A stretch of 61,365 bases of DNA, the filler included, from Candidatus Aminicenantales bacterium (lineage in GTDB: Bacteria; Acidobacteriota; Aminicenantia; Aminicenantales; Saccharicenantaceae), in assembly GCA_049512315.1 (NCBI GenBank). It is 5 parts of 4 records of this genome, joined end to end, with 100 filler letters (N's around TTAATTAATTAA, not from the genome) between each part and the next. Parts side by side here need not be neighbours in the genome. Positions count along the whole stretch, not along the records: positions 17,294 to 47,472 come from JBEKXF010000011.1; 4 more parts are not named here. One strand, 5' to 3'. The notes under the pieces were generated by a model. It was not told where the DNA came from and made no database searches. It saw only the letters and a program-made list of their open reading frames with translations. Below are positions 21,611 through 31,449 of the stretch, piece after piece (the stretch's first letter is position 1; each line of letters opens with the position of its first letter). The translations under genes and the position numbers were made by a program.

Positions 21611-24175
21611 ATGAAACGGACGGGCACAGCCACGAGTTCTTCCACGGTCGTCTCGCAGTATTGGAGCCGGCCGGCCGCCGAGGTCCTCGCGGATTTGGGC
21701 GGCACGCCGGACGGCCTGAACACGGCCGAAGCCCAGGCGCGCCTGCAGCGCGTAGGTCCGAATGCGCTGGCACCCCGGCGGCGGGCCACGGGCTTGACCA
21801 CCTTCCTCCGCCAATTCCGCAGCCCGCTGGTGCTGATCCTCCTCTTCGCCGCCGCGGTGTCGGCGATCGCCGGCGAGTGGACCGACGCCGCGATCGTGAT
21901 CGTCATCGTCGTCGCCAGCGCCGCGCTCACCTTTTTCCAGGAGCACACGGCGAGCAAGGCCGTGGAAGCCCTGCGGGCTCAGGTCACGGTCAAGGCCACG
22001 GTCGTGCGCGACGGGCGGCCGCAGCTCGTCCCCGCCGAGGACGTCGTACCGGGCGACGTGGTGCTGCTCTCGGCCGGCAGCCTGATCCCGGCCGACGGCG
22101 TCGTCCTGGAGGCCAGGGACTTTTTCGTCAACCAGGCCGTGCTCACCGGCGAGACCTTCCCGGTGGAGAAGAAGCCCGGCCCGGTCGCGGCGCACGCCGG
22201 CCTGGCCGAGCGCATCAACTGCGTCTTCATGGGCACCAGCGCGCGCAGCGGAACGGCGCGCGCGCTCATCGTGCACACCGGCGCGGGCACCGCCTTCGGC
22301 CAGATCGCCGAGCGGTTGACCTTGCGGCCGCCCGAGACCGAGTTCGAGCGCGGCATCCGGCGCTTCGGGAACCTGCTCAGCCAGATCATGACCGTGCTGG
22401 TGCTGATCGTCTTCGCCATCAACGTGATCCTGAACAAGCCGGCCATCGACTCGCTGCTGTTCGCAATCGCCCTGGCGGTGGGCATCGCGCCCGAGCTGCT
22501 GCCGGCCATCATCAGTGTCAACCTTTCCAAGGGAGCGCAGGCCATGGCCAGGCGCGGGGTGATCGTGCGGCGGCTCAACGCCATCGAAAACCTCGGCAGT
22601 ATGGACATCCTGTGCACCGACAAGACGGGCACGCTGACCGAGGGCGTGGTGCGGCTGGACGGCGCGCTCGATATCCAGGGCCACCCCTCGGATGATCTGA
22701 TGCGCTATGCGTACCTTAACGCGGCCTTCCAGACCGGGCTGACGAATCCGCTCGACGAAGCCATCCTCGCCCAGCCCCACCCCGACACGACCGGCATGGA
22801 CAAGCTCGAGGAGATCCCTTACGACTTCGTGCGCAAACGCCTGAGCGTGGTGGTCGACTCGGACCCGGGCACGTCGATCAAGCCCCTGCTGATCACCAAG
22901 GGCGCGCTGAGCAACGTGCTGGCCGTGTGCACGCGCGTGCGGGACGGCGACACGGACTTTCCGCTGGACGGGGTGCGGCGCGCGGAGATCGACCGGCGCT
23001 ATGAGGAGTGGAGCGGGCAGGGCTCCCGCGTGCTGGGCGTGGCCGTGAAGGACGTGCCGCGCCAGGCCGCGTACTGCGTGGAGACCGACGAAGCCGATAT
23101 GATCTTCATGGGCTACCTGCTGTTCTTCGACCCGCCTAAGGCGGACGCGCGGGAGACGCTCGGCGCGCTCGCCCGCCTGGGCGTGCAGATCAAGGTCATC
23201 ACCGGTGACAACCGGCTTGTGGCGCGACACGTGGCCGAGACGGTGGGCCTGCCGGTCAGTGGCATCCTCACCGCGGCCGAGATGGACGAACTGCGCGATG
23301 AGGCGCTGTGGAACATCGCCGAGCGCACGACGCTCTTCGTGGAGGTCGACCCGAACCAGAAGGAGCGCATCATCCTGGCATTGCGCAAAATGGGGCACGT
23401 CGTGGGCTACATGGGCGACGGCATCAACGATGCCCCGGCCCTGCACGACGCGGACATCGGCATCTCGGTCGACCAGGCGGTGGACGTGGCCAAGGAGGCG
23501 GCCGACTTCGTGCTGCTCAAGCGCGACCTGGGGGTGCTGCGCGCGGGCATCGAGGAGGGACGGCGGACCTTCGCGAACACGCTCAAGTACGTCTTCACGA
23601 CGACGAGTGCGAATTTCGGCAACATGTTCAGCCTGGCCGGGGCCTCCCTGTTCCTGCCGTTCCTGCCGCTGCTGGCGAAGCAGATCCTGTTGAACAACTT
23701 CCTGTCCGACTTCCCGGCCCTGGCCATCGCGAGCGACCGGGTCGACGAGGACATGGTGGAGCGGCCGCACCGCTGGAACATCCGGCTCATCCGCGACTTC
23801 ATGATCATTTTCGGGCTCGTCAGCTCGGTGTTCGACTATCTCACGTTCGGCATGCTGCTGTTTGTCGTGCGGGCTTCGCCGGAGCAGTTCCGCACCGGCT
23901 GGTTCGTCGAGTCGCTGCTCACCGAACTGGTGATCGCGCTGGTCGTGCGCACGCGCGGGCTGTCCTTCCGCAGCCGGCCGGGCACGCTGTTGTGGACGGC
24001 AACGCTCGCCGTGGGCCTGGTCACACTGGCGATCCCATACCTACCGTTCGGCGGTTTTCTGGGCTTCACGCCGCTGCCGGCCTGGTTGATGCTGGCGATA
24101 CTCGGGATCACGGCGCTGTACGTAGTCGCCGCGGAGGTGGCAAAGAGGTTCTTCTACGCGCGCGTGGAGTGGTGA
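21611..24175 (+). CDS. mgtA: Mg2+-translocating P-type ATPase
   Basis: LTGETFPVEK, AVGIAPELLP, DILCTDKTGTLT, GDGINDAP, SANFGNMFS, QILLNNFLSD. Confidence 0.93.
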   Translation: MKRTGTATSSSTVVSQYWSRPAAEVLADLGGTPDGLNTAEAQARLQRVGPNALAPRRRATGLTTFLRQFRSPLVLILLFAAAVSAIAGEWTDAAIVIVIVVASAALTFFQEHTASKAVEALRAQVTVKATVVRDGRPQLVPAEDVVPGDVVLLSAGSLIPADGVVLEARDFFVNQAVLTGETFPVEKKPGPVAAHAGLAERINCVFMGTSARSGTARALIVHTGAGTAFGQIAERLTLRPPETEFERGIRRFGNLLSQIMTVLVLIVFAINVILNKPAIDSLLFAIALAVGIAPELLPAIISVNLSKGAQAMARRGVIVRRLNAIENLGSMDILCTDKTGTLTEGVVRLDGALDIQGHPSDDLMRYAYLNAAFQTGLTNPLDEAILAQPHPDTTGMDKLEEIPYDFVRKRLSVVVDSDPGTSIKPLLITKGALSNVLAVCTRVRDGDTDFPLDGVRRAEIDRRYEEWSGQGSRVLGVAVKDVPRQAAYCVETDEADMIFMGYLLFFDPPKADARETLGALARLGVQIKVITGDNRLVARHVAETVGLPVSGILTAAEMDELRDEALWNIAERTTLFVEVDPNQKERIILALRKMGHVVGYMGDGINDAPALHDADIGISVDQAVDVAKEAADFVLLKRDLGVLRAGIEEGRRTFANTLKYVFTTTSANFGNMFSLAGASLFLPFLPLLAKQILLNNFLSDFPALAIASDRVDEDMVERPHRWNIRLIRDFMIIFGLVSSVFDYLTFGMLLFVVRASPEQFRTGWFVESLLTELVIALVVRTRGLSFRSRPGTLLWTATLAVGLVTLAIPYLPFGGFLGFTPLPAWLMLAILGITALYVVAAEVAKRFFYARVEW

Positions 24176-24221
24176 GCCCACTCGGCAGCCCGGGGCGTGC
24201 GGCAGGAAGGAACGCGAGCCT

Positions 24222-24293
24222 ATGGAGCAGTCGCTGCCCGGCCTGACCGAGGTCGAGGATGCGGAGCGGAGGCTTGCCAGTCTTCAGAATTGA
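24222..24293 (+). pseudogene. Orphan coding tail (PGLTEVEDAERRLASLQN*)
   Basis: Similar in peptide and DNA to 56966-57046. Confidence 0.55.
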
Positions 24294-24384
24294 TGCCGGC
24301 GGCTTCGCCCTCGTTGTGCTCATAGCGTCAGTGCATAGGGAGGATGGGAGGAGCAACGAGCCGCCCATTGTCCCGGCCAGCCAA

Positions 24385-25191
24385 TCACTCGTATCCCCGC
24401 CGCCCTATGGCCAAATGGCATAAGTAGATCAATTTGCAGTTGATCTCAAGCGCCTCCCCGGGTCCAGCGGCGGGCACATCGGTTTTAAAATGTTTGGTCA
24501 GTCGCTCATCGAAGATGGCCAGCGGGAACCACTCCCGGAGTTTTGTGACGACGATCTTGAAGTTCGTCGGAGTGGAGGGGGTCAGCTCGGGGCCTAGGAA
24601 AGTGTAGTCAACGTGGTTCTGGAACATCTCGACACGTGGATCAGAGGATCTCCTGTCGAAGATCCTCACAAAATCCTCAGCTTGGAACGATTCTTTGGTG
24701 GCCTTTTGGGTGACCCGGCGCATGATCGGGATGCCACCTGTCAGCACCGTCGCCGGCACGTTGAGTTTCATTTTTGTGGTTGAGGTCTTTTCCTGCGTGG
24801 CGCTCTTGAGCCTTCCGCTGATTATCAGGAAGGCGTCGCCTGCTTCAACTCTGACCTCCCCGCCGCGCCTGTCCCAGAATATAACTTCTCTCTCTCCAGA
24901 TCTCGCAGTATGCGCCACGAAGCTGGCCGGGCGGTTTCGAAGCTCGGAATCCCTGCAGACGAAGGCCACAAGTCCCTCATTCTTCAGGCTCTGAGCTATC
25001 GAGTCAGCTGTGTCGGCGTTGGGGTAGGAGGCAAGGATTCTGGGAATCTCTCCGGTGAGCAGGAGGCGGGTGTCAACGATCTCTTTGCCGATGAGGGAAG
25101 CCACCCTCTTTAAGAGGTCTTCACTGAGCGTTTTCGGGGGAGTTACGGCAACATAGGCTATGTCGTGTTGATCCCATTGCCCCTCTCGCAA
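24385..25191 (-). CDS. Hypothetical protein
   Basis: 268-aa ORF of lower GC; no motif recognised. Confidence 0.65.
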   Translation of the reverse strand: MREGQWDQHDIAYVAVTPPKTLSEDLLKRVASLIGKEIVDTRLLLTGEIPRILASYPNADTADSIAQSLKNEGLVAFVCRDSELRNRPASFVAHTARSGEREVIFWDRRGGEVRVEAGDAFLIISGRLKSATQEKTSTTKMKLNVPATVLTGGIPIMRRVTQKATKESFQAEDFVRIFDRRSSDPRVEMFQNHVDYTFLGPELTPSTPTNFKIVVTKLREWFPLAIFDERLTKHFKTDVPAAGPGEALEINCKLIYLCHLAIGRRGYE

Positions 25192-25340
25192 GTTGCTCTT
25201 CAGACCATTTCTCTATTCTGGTGATTGGGCAAATATTAGCATCGTTATGGAAACCAGTCAATGAAGGCCATAGGCCTTCCTAGACACCCCCTCCGCAACC
25301 GTCAAGAGTCGTAAGCGGGATGCTTTGGCTGGGATTCCCC

Positions 25341-26693
25341 CTAGGGCTGCTTATAGATCACGCCGCCTTTCATGACGAAGCGCACGTCTCGGACAGCCTG
25401 GATGTTCTGCGTCGGGTCGCCGGCCACGGCCACCAGGTCCGCCAAGAAATTGTCTCGGATCCGGCCAAGTTGATCCTGCATGCGGATGATCTGGGCGTTG
25501 ATCGCGGTGGCCGCCATAAGGGCCTGCGTTGGAGTCATGCCTCCCCGCACCATCCATTCGAGCTCGCGGTAGTTGGTGCCGTGAGCGAAAACGCCAACGT
25601 CGCTGCCCAGCCCTATCGTGACACCAGCCGCAAGTGCCGTCTTGAAAGCCCGCAATGCCTGCTGCATTCCCGCCGTCGGGGATTGCCCCTGCTTATACCC
25701 CTCGAAGTACTCCGCATAAGCCTCCTCGGCCGTCAGCGTCGGTAAATAGGCCACGCCGTGCTGGGCCATGAGGCGGAAAACGTCTTCGGTGCCGCCATAG
25801 CCATGCTCGATCGTATCCACGCCGGCAACGGTCGCCCGGCGCATCCCTTCCGCAGTCGTGGCATGAGCGGATACCGGTCGACCCGCGGAGTGTGCTTCCG
25901 CGACCAGCGTCCGCAACTCCTCCTCGCTAAAGGTCGGAACCGTCCCGCTCACCCCATGCCGGTAGTCCGCATACACCTTGACCCAATCGGCGCCATGCCC
26001 GACCTGCTCGCGGACCGCCATTAAGATCTCGGCCTGTCCGCTCACTTCCTGGCCGCCTTTCGGCAGGATCAGATCGGGAGCAAATCCGGCCGGTCCCGGC
26101 CCATAGCTCGCGGTGGCGACGATCGCCAGCGTTGCTACCAACAGACGCGGCCCCGGGATCAGCCCCTCGCGGATGGCCCGCTGAACGGAGATATCCGCGT
26201 AGCCTGCGCCCTCGGTGCCGAGGTCCCGGAGGAGGGTGAATCCGGCCATCAGGGTTCGCTCGCAGTGAATCACCGCCTCAATGGTCCGATAGGCGAGGGG
26301 TTCTTTTAAAACCTGGTCGTTCCAGAGCGTCTCGTTATATGGGTGGAGGAAAATGTGCGAATGAATATCCATAAGGCCCGGCAGCAGGGTCATCCCGGGC
26401 AGCTCGATCGTCTTTGTGCCTCCCGGGAAAGCGACCTGCGCCTTCGGCCCGACGGCGGCGATCCTATCTCCTTTTACAAGGACGACCCAATCCTCATGCG
26501 TCTTGCCGTCCTCGGCGTCGAACACTCGGGCCGGCCTGAGGAGGGTGGCCGCTGCCGCATTTTGGATCCCTGCGGGTGGAGTGCCAGCGGTGCCTTTCTG
26601 GGCGGCCGCTGAGGCTAATGAAAGGGCAAGCCCCGTACTGATAAAAATGAACATCACCCTTTTCCAGACCCGCTCGATGGGGGCGTGTTTCAT
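25341..26693 (-). CDS. Metal-dependent amidohydrolase (imidazolonepropionase-like), secreted
   Basis: [49 protein letters not shown] before MKHAP. Confidence 0.9.
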   Translation of the reverse strand: MKHAPIERVWKRVMFIFISTGLALSLASAAAQKGTAGTPPAGIQNAAAATLLRPARVFDAEDGKTHEDWVVLVKGDRIAAVGPKAQVAFPGGTKTIELPGMTLLPGLMDIHSHIFLHPYNETLWNDQVLKEPLAYRTIEAVIHCERTLMAGFTLLRDLGTEGAGYADISVQRAIREGLIPGPRLLVATLAIVATASYGPGPAGFAPDLILPKGGQEVSGQAEILMAVREQVGHGADWVKVYADYRHGVSGTVPTFSEEELRTLVAEAHSAGRPVSAHATTAEGMRRATVAGVDTIEHGYGGTEDVFRLMAQHGVAYLPTLTAEEAYAEYFEGYKQGQSPTAGMQQALRAFKTALAAGVTIGLGSDVGVFAHGTNYRELEWMVRGGMTPTQALMAATAINAQIIRMQDQLGRIRDNFLADLVAVAGDPTQNIQAVRDVRFVMKGGVIYKQP

Positions 26694-26993
26694 AGGGCTC
26701 CTCCTTCCGGTCCGGCCGGAACGGTGCGCAGGCACGGCATAACGCTAAGCCGCCTGGTACGAAATGTTCAGGTCTGCCAGGTTGACCGTACCGGCAGAGC
26801 GGACATCCTTCCCGACTTTCGTTTTCCTCCGGCTCAAAAGGATGCTAAATCATGACGAGGAGAGATGTCAAACCTTGATTGAAAGGATAGAAGATAGCTA
26901 CAATGACCACATGCAGTGGAAATTGGGTGAGATCGCCCAAAATTCAGTGTCAGAACAAAAAGCGATCATTGATATCCGCTCGCGGAGGGAAAA

Positions 26994-29900
26994 ATGAAAA
27001 CAAAGACGCGGCTCATTTTTCTGGTTGTTTTTTTTATCGCCGCTATCTGCCTTGCTCAGTCCGGAGGCAAGGCCGGAGAGGCAGCCAAGCCTGCTCCAGC
27101 GCGGTTCGACCAGAATCTGATCCAGGGAATGAAGTGGAGGCTCGTGGGTCCGTTCCGGGGAGGCCGCGTTCTCGCCGTTGAGGGAATCGTCAATGAGCCG
27201 AACATTTATTACATGGGTGCCGTGGCCGGCGGTGTGTGGAAAACAACCGACGGAGGCCACAGCTGGAACCCCCTCTTTGACCGGCAATCCGTGTCTTCGA
27301 TTGGCAGCATTGCCGTGGCGCCTTCAAACCATAACATCGTTTATGCGGGTTCGGGGGAAGCTTGCATTCGCGGAGATATCTCCTACGGAGATGGGGTTTA
27401 TAAATCTACGGATGGCGGCAGAACCTGGAAAAACGTGGGGCTTCGTGATACACATCACATCGGCGCCGTTATCGTTGATCCCAAGGATCCGGACGTCGTT
27501 TTCGTGGCAGCTCTGGGGCACGCCTACGGTCCCAACTCGGAGCGCGGATTGTTTCGCTCAACAGATGGCGGCACGACTTGGAGCAAGGTTTTGTCCAAGG
27601 ACGATAAAACAGGCGCAGTCGACGTCGTGTTTGATCCGGGCAACACCAGCATCCTCTACGCCGCGCTATGGGAGGTCTATCGAACGCCTTACAGTCTCTC
27701 CAGCGGCGGACCCGGGAGCGGACTTTACAAGTCCGTCGATCGTGGCCTAACCTGGAATCCGTTGGGTGGGAGAGGGCTGCCCGCAGGCATTCTTGGTCGG
27801 ATCGGCGTTTCCGTCTCAGGCGTCGACTCGAATCGGGTCTATGCCCTGATTGAAGCCGGAGAGAGTGGCTTGTATCGCTCCGATGACGCGGGAGAGAGCT
27901 GGATCAAGGTGAGCGAAGATGGGCGCCTCCGCCAGCGCCCTTGGTATTACTGTCATGTGTTCGCCGATCCTAGGTCGGCGGACACGGTCTACGTTCTGAA
28001 CACAGGTCTCTTGCGTTCGATCGATGGAGGGAGATCATTCAGCCTGCTAGCTGCGCCCCATGGAGACCATCACGGCCTTTGGATCGACCCCGCGGATCCG
28101 GAGCGCATGATCAACGGCAACGACGGGGGCGCTAGCATTACAACGGACGGCGGCAAGACGTGGACAACCCAAGAAAACCAACCCACGGCGCAATTCTATC
28201 ACGTCACGACGGATAATCGGTTTCCTTATTTTATCTACGGAGCGCAGCAGGACAATAGCACGGTCGCCATAGCGAGCATGGATGACGAGGGTGCGATCGG
28301 ACGCCAGGACTGGTACCCCGTCGGAGGCGGCGAGTGCGGATACATCGCTCCGGACCCGCGAGACAGCAACATTGTCTACGCCGGCGCGGAAGGCTCGCTC
28401 ACGCGCTTCGACAAGCGCAGCGAGCAGGCGGGCGATATCAGTGTCTGGCCGCTGGACGTATCCGGTCACGGGGCCGAGAGCCTGAAATACCGTTTCCAAT
28501 GGACTTCGCCGATGTTCCTTTCGCCGCACGATCCAGACGTGATTTACGTTGCCGCGGAGAGGGTGTTCAAGTCTGTCGATCACGGCCAGAGTTGGAAAGC
28601 CATCAGCGGCGATCTGACCCGGAATGACAAGAGCAAGCAAAAGCCATCGGGGGGGCCGCTCACCAGGGACATGACCAGCGTAGAGTACTATGACACGATC
28701 TTTGCGCTGGCCGAATCTCCCTTAAAGAAGGGAATGCTGTGGGCAGGAACAGACGACGGACTGATCCACCTGAGCATGGATGACGGACAGAACTGGTCCA
28801 ATATCACTCCCAAGCAGCTTCCGGAATGGAGCATGATCAGCATCATCGACCCCTCTGCGCATGACGCCGGAACCGCCTACATCGCGGTCGATCGTCATAA
28901 GCTCGACGACTGCCGACCCTACATCTATAAGACCAGTGATTACGGGAACTCCTGGTCGTTCATCGTCAGCGGAATCCCGGAGGACGCGTACGTCCATGCG
29001 GTCCGCGAAGATCCCAAACGGAAGGGCCTGCTCTATGCAGGAACCGAAATCGGCGTTTTTTTCTCATTGGACGATGGGGGCCACTGGAACTCTCTTCAGC
29101 TCAACCTGCCGACGGCGCCGATTCATGATCTCGTCATCAAGAACAACGACCTTGTTGTGGCGACGCACGGCCGCTCCTTTTGGGTGCTGGACGATATCGT
29201 GCCTCTGCGACAGATTGATTCCGCTGCTGCGAACCAGGAGATGCTTCTCTTTTCCCCGCAGCCGGCCTATCGCCTGCATTACCCGGGCCAAGTGGATCGC
29301 CGCGGTCCAGTCGGCGAGAATCCGCCGCCGGGAGCGATCATCGACTATTATTTTAAGGAAGCGCCTAAAGGCGAGGTGACGCTTCAGATTATCGATAGCG
29401 AAAGCCAGCCCGTAAGGACACTCTCGAGCATTGAGAAAAAGGAAGCCGAACAGCCGCCCGAGTGGCCCGACCAGGTGAAGGAGATGAAGACGATTCCCGC
29501 CTCGGCGGGGATGAAACGCTACGTCTGGAATTTACGCTTCGATGATCCCATCAAGGTACCGGGAGCTTTCTACAGTGAAGTCGGACCGCGCGGACCGTTG
29601 GCCCTTCCCGGCAAATATCAGATCAAACTGACGGCTGACGGTCGAACGCAGTCTGCAACTCTCGAGGTGTTGGCGGACCCCCGTGTGAAAGTCCCTGCCG
29701 TGGATCTGGAAAAACAGTTCGATCTTTCCATGCGAATTTATCATAGGATCAGCAGGATGCACGAGGCCATCAACCAGATCCGTGATCTCAAGTCACAGAT
29801 CCAATCGCTGCGCAAGCGCTTTGAGGACGATCCAAAGCTGAAGGCTCTTGTGGCCGCCTCCGAAGATCTAGAAAAAAAACTGTCGGTGGTGGAAGAAAAG

Positions 29901-30170
29901 CTGATCCAAGTGAACATGAAAGGCTCGGAGGCGAATCTGGCCTTCCCGGGCATGCTGAATGAACAGTTCGATTCTTTCGCTTCCATCGTTGAAGCTGCCG
30001 ACAAAGCGCCAACCCAGCAGCAATATGAAGTCTATACGATGCTGGACGCCGGTCTGGCGGATCAGCTCAAGAAGCTGGATGGCATCATCAGTGCTGACGT
30101 GGCGGCTTTTGAGGAGGCCTCGAAGCGCTACAATATACCCCTCCTCTACGTGCCCGGAGCCCGGCACTAG
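26994..30170 (+). CDS. BNR/Asp-box (VPS10-like) beta-propeller glycosyl hydrolase
   Basis: Signal peptide; many SxDGGxTW repeats; GPFRGGR; DLVVATHGRSFWVLDD. Confidence 0.9.
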   Translation: MKTKTRLIFLVVFFIAAICLAQSGGKAGEAAKPAPARFDQNLIQGMKWRLVGPFRGGRVLAVEGIVNEPNIYYMGAVAGGVWKTTDGGHSWNPLFDRQSVSSIGSIAVAPSNHNIVYAGSGEACIRGDISYGDGVYKSTDGGRTWKNVGLRDTHHIGAVIVDPKDPDVVFVAALGHAYGPNSERGLFRSTDGGTTWSKVLSKDDKTGAVDVVFDPGNTSILYAALWEVYRTPYSLSSGGPGSGLYKSVDRGLTWNPLGGRGLPAGILGRIGVSVSGVDSNRVYALIEAGESGLYRSDDAGESWIKVSEDGRLRQRPWYYCHVFADPRSADTVYVLNTGLLRSIDGGRSFSLLAAPHGDHHGLWIDPADPERMINGNDGGASITTDGGKTWTTQENQPTAQFYHVTTDNRFPYFIYGAQQDNSTVAIASMDDEGAIGRQDWYPVGGGECGYIAPDPRDSNIVYAGAEGSLTRFDKRSEQAGDISVWPLDVSGHGAESLKYRFQWTSPMFLSPHDPDVIYVAAERVFKSVDHGQSWKAISGDLTRNDKSKQKPSGGPLTRDMTSVEYYDTIFALAESPLKKGMLWAGTDDGLIHLSMDDGQNWSNITPKQLPEWSMISIIDPSAHDAGTAYIAVDRHKLDDCRPYIYKTSDYGNSWSFIVSGIPEDAYVHAVREDPKRKGLLYAGTEIGVFFSLDDGGHWNSLQLNLPTAPIHDLVIKNNDLVVATHGRSFWVLDDIVPLRQIDSAAANQEMLLFSPQPAYRLHYPGQVDRRGPVGENPPPGAIIDYYFKEAPKGEVTLQIIDSESQPVRTLSSIEKKEAEQPPEWPDQVKEMKTIPASAGMKRYVWNLRFDDPIKVPGAFYSEVGPRGPLALPGKYQIKLTADGRTQSATLEVLADPRVKVPAVDLEKQFDLSMRIYHRISRMHEAINQIRDLKSQIQSLRKRFEDDPKLKALVAASEDLEKKLSVVEEKLIQVNMKGSEANLAFPGMLNEQFDSFASIVEAADKAPTQQQYEVYTMLDAGLADQLKKLDGIISADVAAFEEASKRYNIPLLYVPGARH

Positions 30171-30221
30171 TAGCATATGGCTCGCGAAATCGATTATAAT
30201 ATTAATATAAGGAGGCTGAAC

Positions 30222-31430
30222 ATGAAAAATGGTCTGCGGATTATGACGTTAGTCCTTTTCCTTGCCGCGGGGTGCACCGCCTACACCTTTCCGCCGGGGA
30301 CCGGCTATCCCCCGGATGTGGGCGGTCCTAATATCGGCGCCCCACAAGAATACGGAGCGGATATGGACATGGACTCCATGTACAACTACCTGTCCCCTTA
30401 TGGAAGTTGGGTCAATCTGGCTCCCTATGGCCCCGTTTGGACCCCTAGGCATATGGGTTACCAATGGCGGCCCTACAGCGACGGCCATTGGGTCATGACC
30501 GACGACGGCTGGACCTGGATCGCGAACGAGGAATGGGGCTCAATTCCTTTCCATTACGGGCGATGGGGCTATGACGACGGTTTCGGCTGGTACTGGGTTC
30601 CCGGTACGGTCTGGGCTCCGGCTTGGGTGAGCTGGAGATGGAGCGACCAGTATGCGGGTTGGGCGCCCCTGCCACCCGGGGTCGAGTTCCGGGCCGGCAT
30701 GGATTTTGCCTCGCTTTCATTCAACATTCCCAGTCGTTTCTGGGTCTTTATCCAGGCCCCGCATTTCCTGGACCGTGACATCTATCACTACACCCTCCCT
30801 TATGAACGTAACAACACGATTATGAATTTCACCTCCATCCACAACAACATGTCCTTCCGTAACAACCGGGTCTTCAACGCGGGGATCGGGACCGACGTTG
30901 TGCAGCGTGTCACCCGGCAGCAAATTCCTCGCTACAGGATCCAGGATGTCCGGCAGCCCGGACCGGCCCGGGTCGCGGGCAACAATCTCCAGATCTACCG
31001 GCCGGCCATGCGGGCGAATGCGGGAGCGAAGCCGAGGGCCGTTCTCAACACGAACCAGGCCCGGCAGGAATTGGCTCCGGCCAAGGTCTTCGAGCCGCGG
31101 CAACAGGTGCCGGTGAGCGCGCAGCAATCGGCCGTCCAGAAGCGGCAAGCCGAGGAAAAAACCCTCCTCCAGAAAACCCAGGCGCAAGAGCTGAAAGACC
31201 TGCAGGGCAAGCGCACCGCGGAACAAGCGCAAGCCCGCGACGCGGCTTCAAAAGCGAAAATCCAACAGACGTACCAGACTAAAACGGCCGATTTGCAGAA
31301 ACAGCATCAGGCCGAGAAGCAGCAGTTGACCCAACGGCACCAACAGGATACCGCGCAGGTCAAACGGACCGCCCAGCCGGCCAAGCAGGAGAAGCAGGCC
31401 CCGCCGGTCAAAAAGAAAAAGGGGGAGTAA
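30222..31430 (+). CDS. DUF6600-like lipoprotein with Q/K-rich tail
   Basis: LAAGC lipobox; LSPYGSW...W RPY..GHW...WGSIPFHYGRW...WYWVPG..WAPAWVSW...GWAPLPP. Confidence 0.8.
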   Translation: MKNGLRIMTLVLFLAAGCTAYTFPPGTGYPPDVGGPNIGAPQEYGADMDMDSMYNYLSPYGSWVNLAPYGPVWTPRHMGYQWRPYSDGHWVMTDDGWTWIANEEWGSIPFHYGRWGYDDGFGWYWVPGTVWAPAWVSWRWSDQYAGWAPLPPGVEFRAGMDFASLSFNIPSRFWVFIQAPHFLDRDIYHYTLPYERNNTIMNFTSIHNNMSFRNNRVFNAGIGTDVVQRVTRQQIPRYRIQDVRQPGPARVAGNNLQIYRPAMRANAGAKPRAVLNTNQARQELAPAKVFEPRQQVPVSAQQSAVQKRQAEEKTLLQKTQAQELKDLQGKRTAEQAQARDAASKAKIQQTYQTKTADLQKQHQAEKQQLTQRHQQDTAQVKRTAQPAKQEKQAPPVKKKKGE

Positions 31431-31449
31431 ACCCTGAGCAGGACCCGGG

